From: Utricularia gibba
Lineage: Eukaryota; Plantae; Magnoliophyta
NCBI GenBank assembly: GCA_002189035.1
Contig: NEEC01000485.1
Coordinates: 1 to 23,580, forward strand
Reading direction: 5' to 3'
Length of the DNA stretch: 23,580 bases
Below are positions 21,701-23,580 of this stretch, piece after piece (the stretch's first letter is position 1; each line of letters opens with the position of its first letter). Under the pieces are notes generated by a model. That model saw only the letters and a list, made by a program, of their open reading frames with translations, searched no databases and was not told the origin of the DNA. The translations under genes and the position numbers were made by a program.

Positions 21701-23580
21701 TATCGTTCGGTTTTCGGGGCTGCCTACATGGTTTTTCAAGGAACCGCTTCTCGTTTTGTGGCGGCCAGTCTCGCTGGGAACTTGGTCCTTGACCCCGATT
21801 CTGTATGGTCATGAGGTCAACTGGATGCAAATCGATTAAAAAATGATGCATTTCTTTAAATTATACGTGCACCACATGATTTTTTCAACAACTTACTTTA
21901 TACTTGAGCAGGCGGTCTTTGGGTGCACCTGGAACGGCAAAGGTAATGTTTGGCTTGCACCGAGAGTTAGTTGTAGTCTGGCAAATAAAGTGATGTATTT
22001 ATTATCGTTCGGTTTTCGGGGGCTGCCTACATGGTTTTTCAAGGAACCGCTTCTCGTTTTGTGGCGGCCAGTCTCGCTGGGAACTTGGTCCTTGACCCCG
22101 ATTCTGTATGGCTCATGAGGTCAACTGGATGCAAATCGATTAAAAAAAATGATGCATTTTTAAATTATGATGTCACGTGCACCCCACATGATTTTTTCAA
22201 CAACTTACTTTATACTTGAGCAGGCGGTCTTTGGGTGCACCTGGAACGGGACAAAGCTTGCACCGAGAGTTAGTTGTAGTCCGGCAAATAAAGTGATGTA
22301 TTTATTATCGTTCGGTTTTCGGGGCTGCCTACATGGTTTTTCAGGAACCGCTTCTCGTTTTGTGGCGGCCAGTCTCGCTGGGAACTTGGTCCTTGACCCG
22401 ATTCTGTATGGCTCATGAGGTCAACTGGATGCAAATCGATTAAAAAAAATGATGCATTTCTTTTAAATTATGATGTCACGTGCACCCACATGATTTTTTC
22501 AACAACTTACTTTATACTTGAGCAGGCGGTCTTTGGGTGCACCTGGAACGGGACAAAGGTAATGTTTGGCTTGCACCGAGAGTTAGTTGTAGTCCGGCAA
22601 ATAAAGTGATGTATTTATTATCGTTCGGTTTTCGGGTGCCTACATGGTTTTTCAAGGAACCGCTTCTCGTTTTGTGGCGGCCAGTCTCGCTGGGAACTTG
22701 GTCCTTGACCCCGATTCTGTATGGCTCATGAGGTCAACTGGATGCAAATCGATTAAAAAAAATGATGCATTTCTTTAAATTATGATGTCACGTGCACCCC
22801 ACATGATTTTTTCAACAACTTACTTTATACTTGAGCAGGCGGTCTTTGGGTGCACTGGAACGGGACCTTGCACCGAGAGTTAGTTGTAGTCGGCAAATAA
22901 AGTGATGTATTTATTATCGTTCGGTTTTCGGGGGCTGCCTACATGGTTTTTCAAGGAACCGCTTCTCGTTTTGTGGCGGCCAGTCTCGCTGGAACTTGGT
23001 CCTTGACCCGATTCTGTATGGCTCATGAGGTCAACTGGATGCAAATCGATTAAAAAAATGATGCATTTGTTTAAATTATGATGTCACGTGCACCCACATG
23101 ATTTTTTCAACAACTTACTTTATACTTGAGCAGGCGGTCTTTGGGTGCACCTGGAACGGGACAAAGGTAATGTTTGGCTTGCACCGAGAGTTAGTTGTAG
23201 TCCGGCAAATAAAGTGATGTATTTATTATCGTTCGGTTTTCGGGGGCTGCCTACATGGTTTTTCAAGGAACCGCTTCTCGTTTTGTGGCGGCCAGTCTCG
23301 CTGGGAACTTGGTCCTTGACCCCGATTCTGTATGGCTCATGAGGTCAACTGGATGCAAATCGATTAAAAAAAATGATGCATTTTTTAAATTATGATGTCA
23401 CGTGCACCCCACATGATTTTTTCAACACTTACTTTATACTTGAGCAGGCGGTCTTGGGTGCACCTGGAACGGGACCTTGCACGAGAGTTAGTTGTAGTCC
23501 GGCAAATAAAGTGATGTATTTATTATCGTTCGGTTTTCGGGGCCTACATGGTTTTTCAAGGAACCGCTTCTCGTTTTGTT

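Larger units (their letters stand above)
1..23580. repeat. Head-to-tail tandem array of a ~316-bp monomer (76 full copies + partial 77th); satellite-like or rolling-circle concatemer
   Basis: The anchor TTATGATGTCACGTGCACC recurs at 1, 316, 629, 938, 1250, 1564, 1879 ... 22780, 23076 and 23390. It is damaged by deletions at ~20641 and 21861. Mean observed spacing is ~308 bp because of deletions; no inversion or unique insert was seen. Confidence 0.99.

Noticed and set aside
978-23342. All ORFs in the supplied six-frame track, and the consensus 46-codon ORF MMSRAPHMIF...VRQIK (3442-3582)
   Set aside because: They are the same monomer text stitched between frames by variable indels; lengths and termini change from copy to copy, and none resembles a protein family I recognise.
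1-23580. Never-ending ORF across the concatemer (DRT2/Neo-like or Zetavirus-like)
   Set aside because: The consensus has stop codons in all six frames and 316 is not a multiple of 3. A single homopolymer adjustment does not remove the stops.
1-23580. CRISPR array or integron cassette array
   Set aside because: There are no unique spacers or cassettes; the entire unit repeats.

Overview
The whole 23,580-nt window is one uninterrupted head-to-tail tandem array of a ~316-bp, ~44% GC monomer. I count 76 complete copies plus a partial 77th starting at 23390, all in the same orientation. Copy 12 (3440-3755) matches the by-eye consensus exactly and is the coordinate reference below. Copies differ almost only by homopolymer shortening and short deletions, which looks like a noisy long read or unpolished consensus, so the underlying units may be near-identical. 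There is no unique flanking DNA, no credible protein-coding gene, RNA gene or CRISPR, and I do not recognise the monomer as a named repeat family. The supplied ORFs are fragments of the same monomer joined by indels. The main open question is whether this is a young, highly homogenised chromosomal satellite or a rolling-circle concatemer of a 316-nt circle (natural or produced during library preparation). The sequence alone cannot decide this. The monomer has some internal organisation (a palindrome-dense junction, an exact octamer, an E-box, opposed AATAAA signals), but none of it establishes a function.
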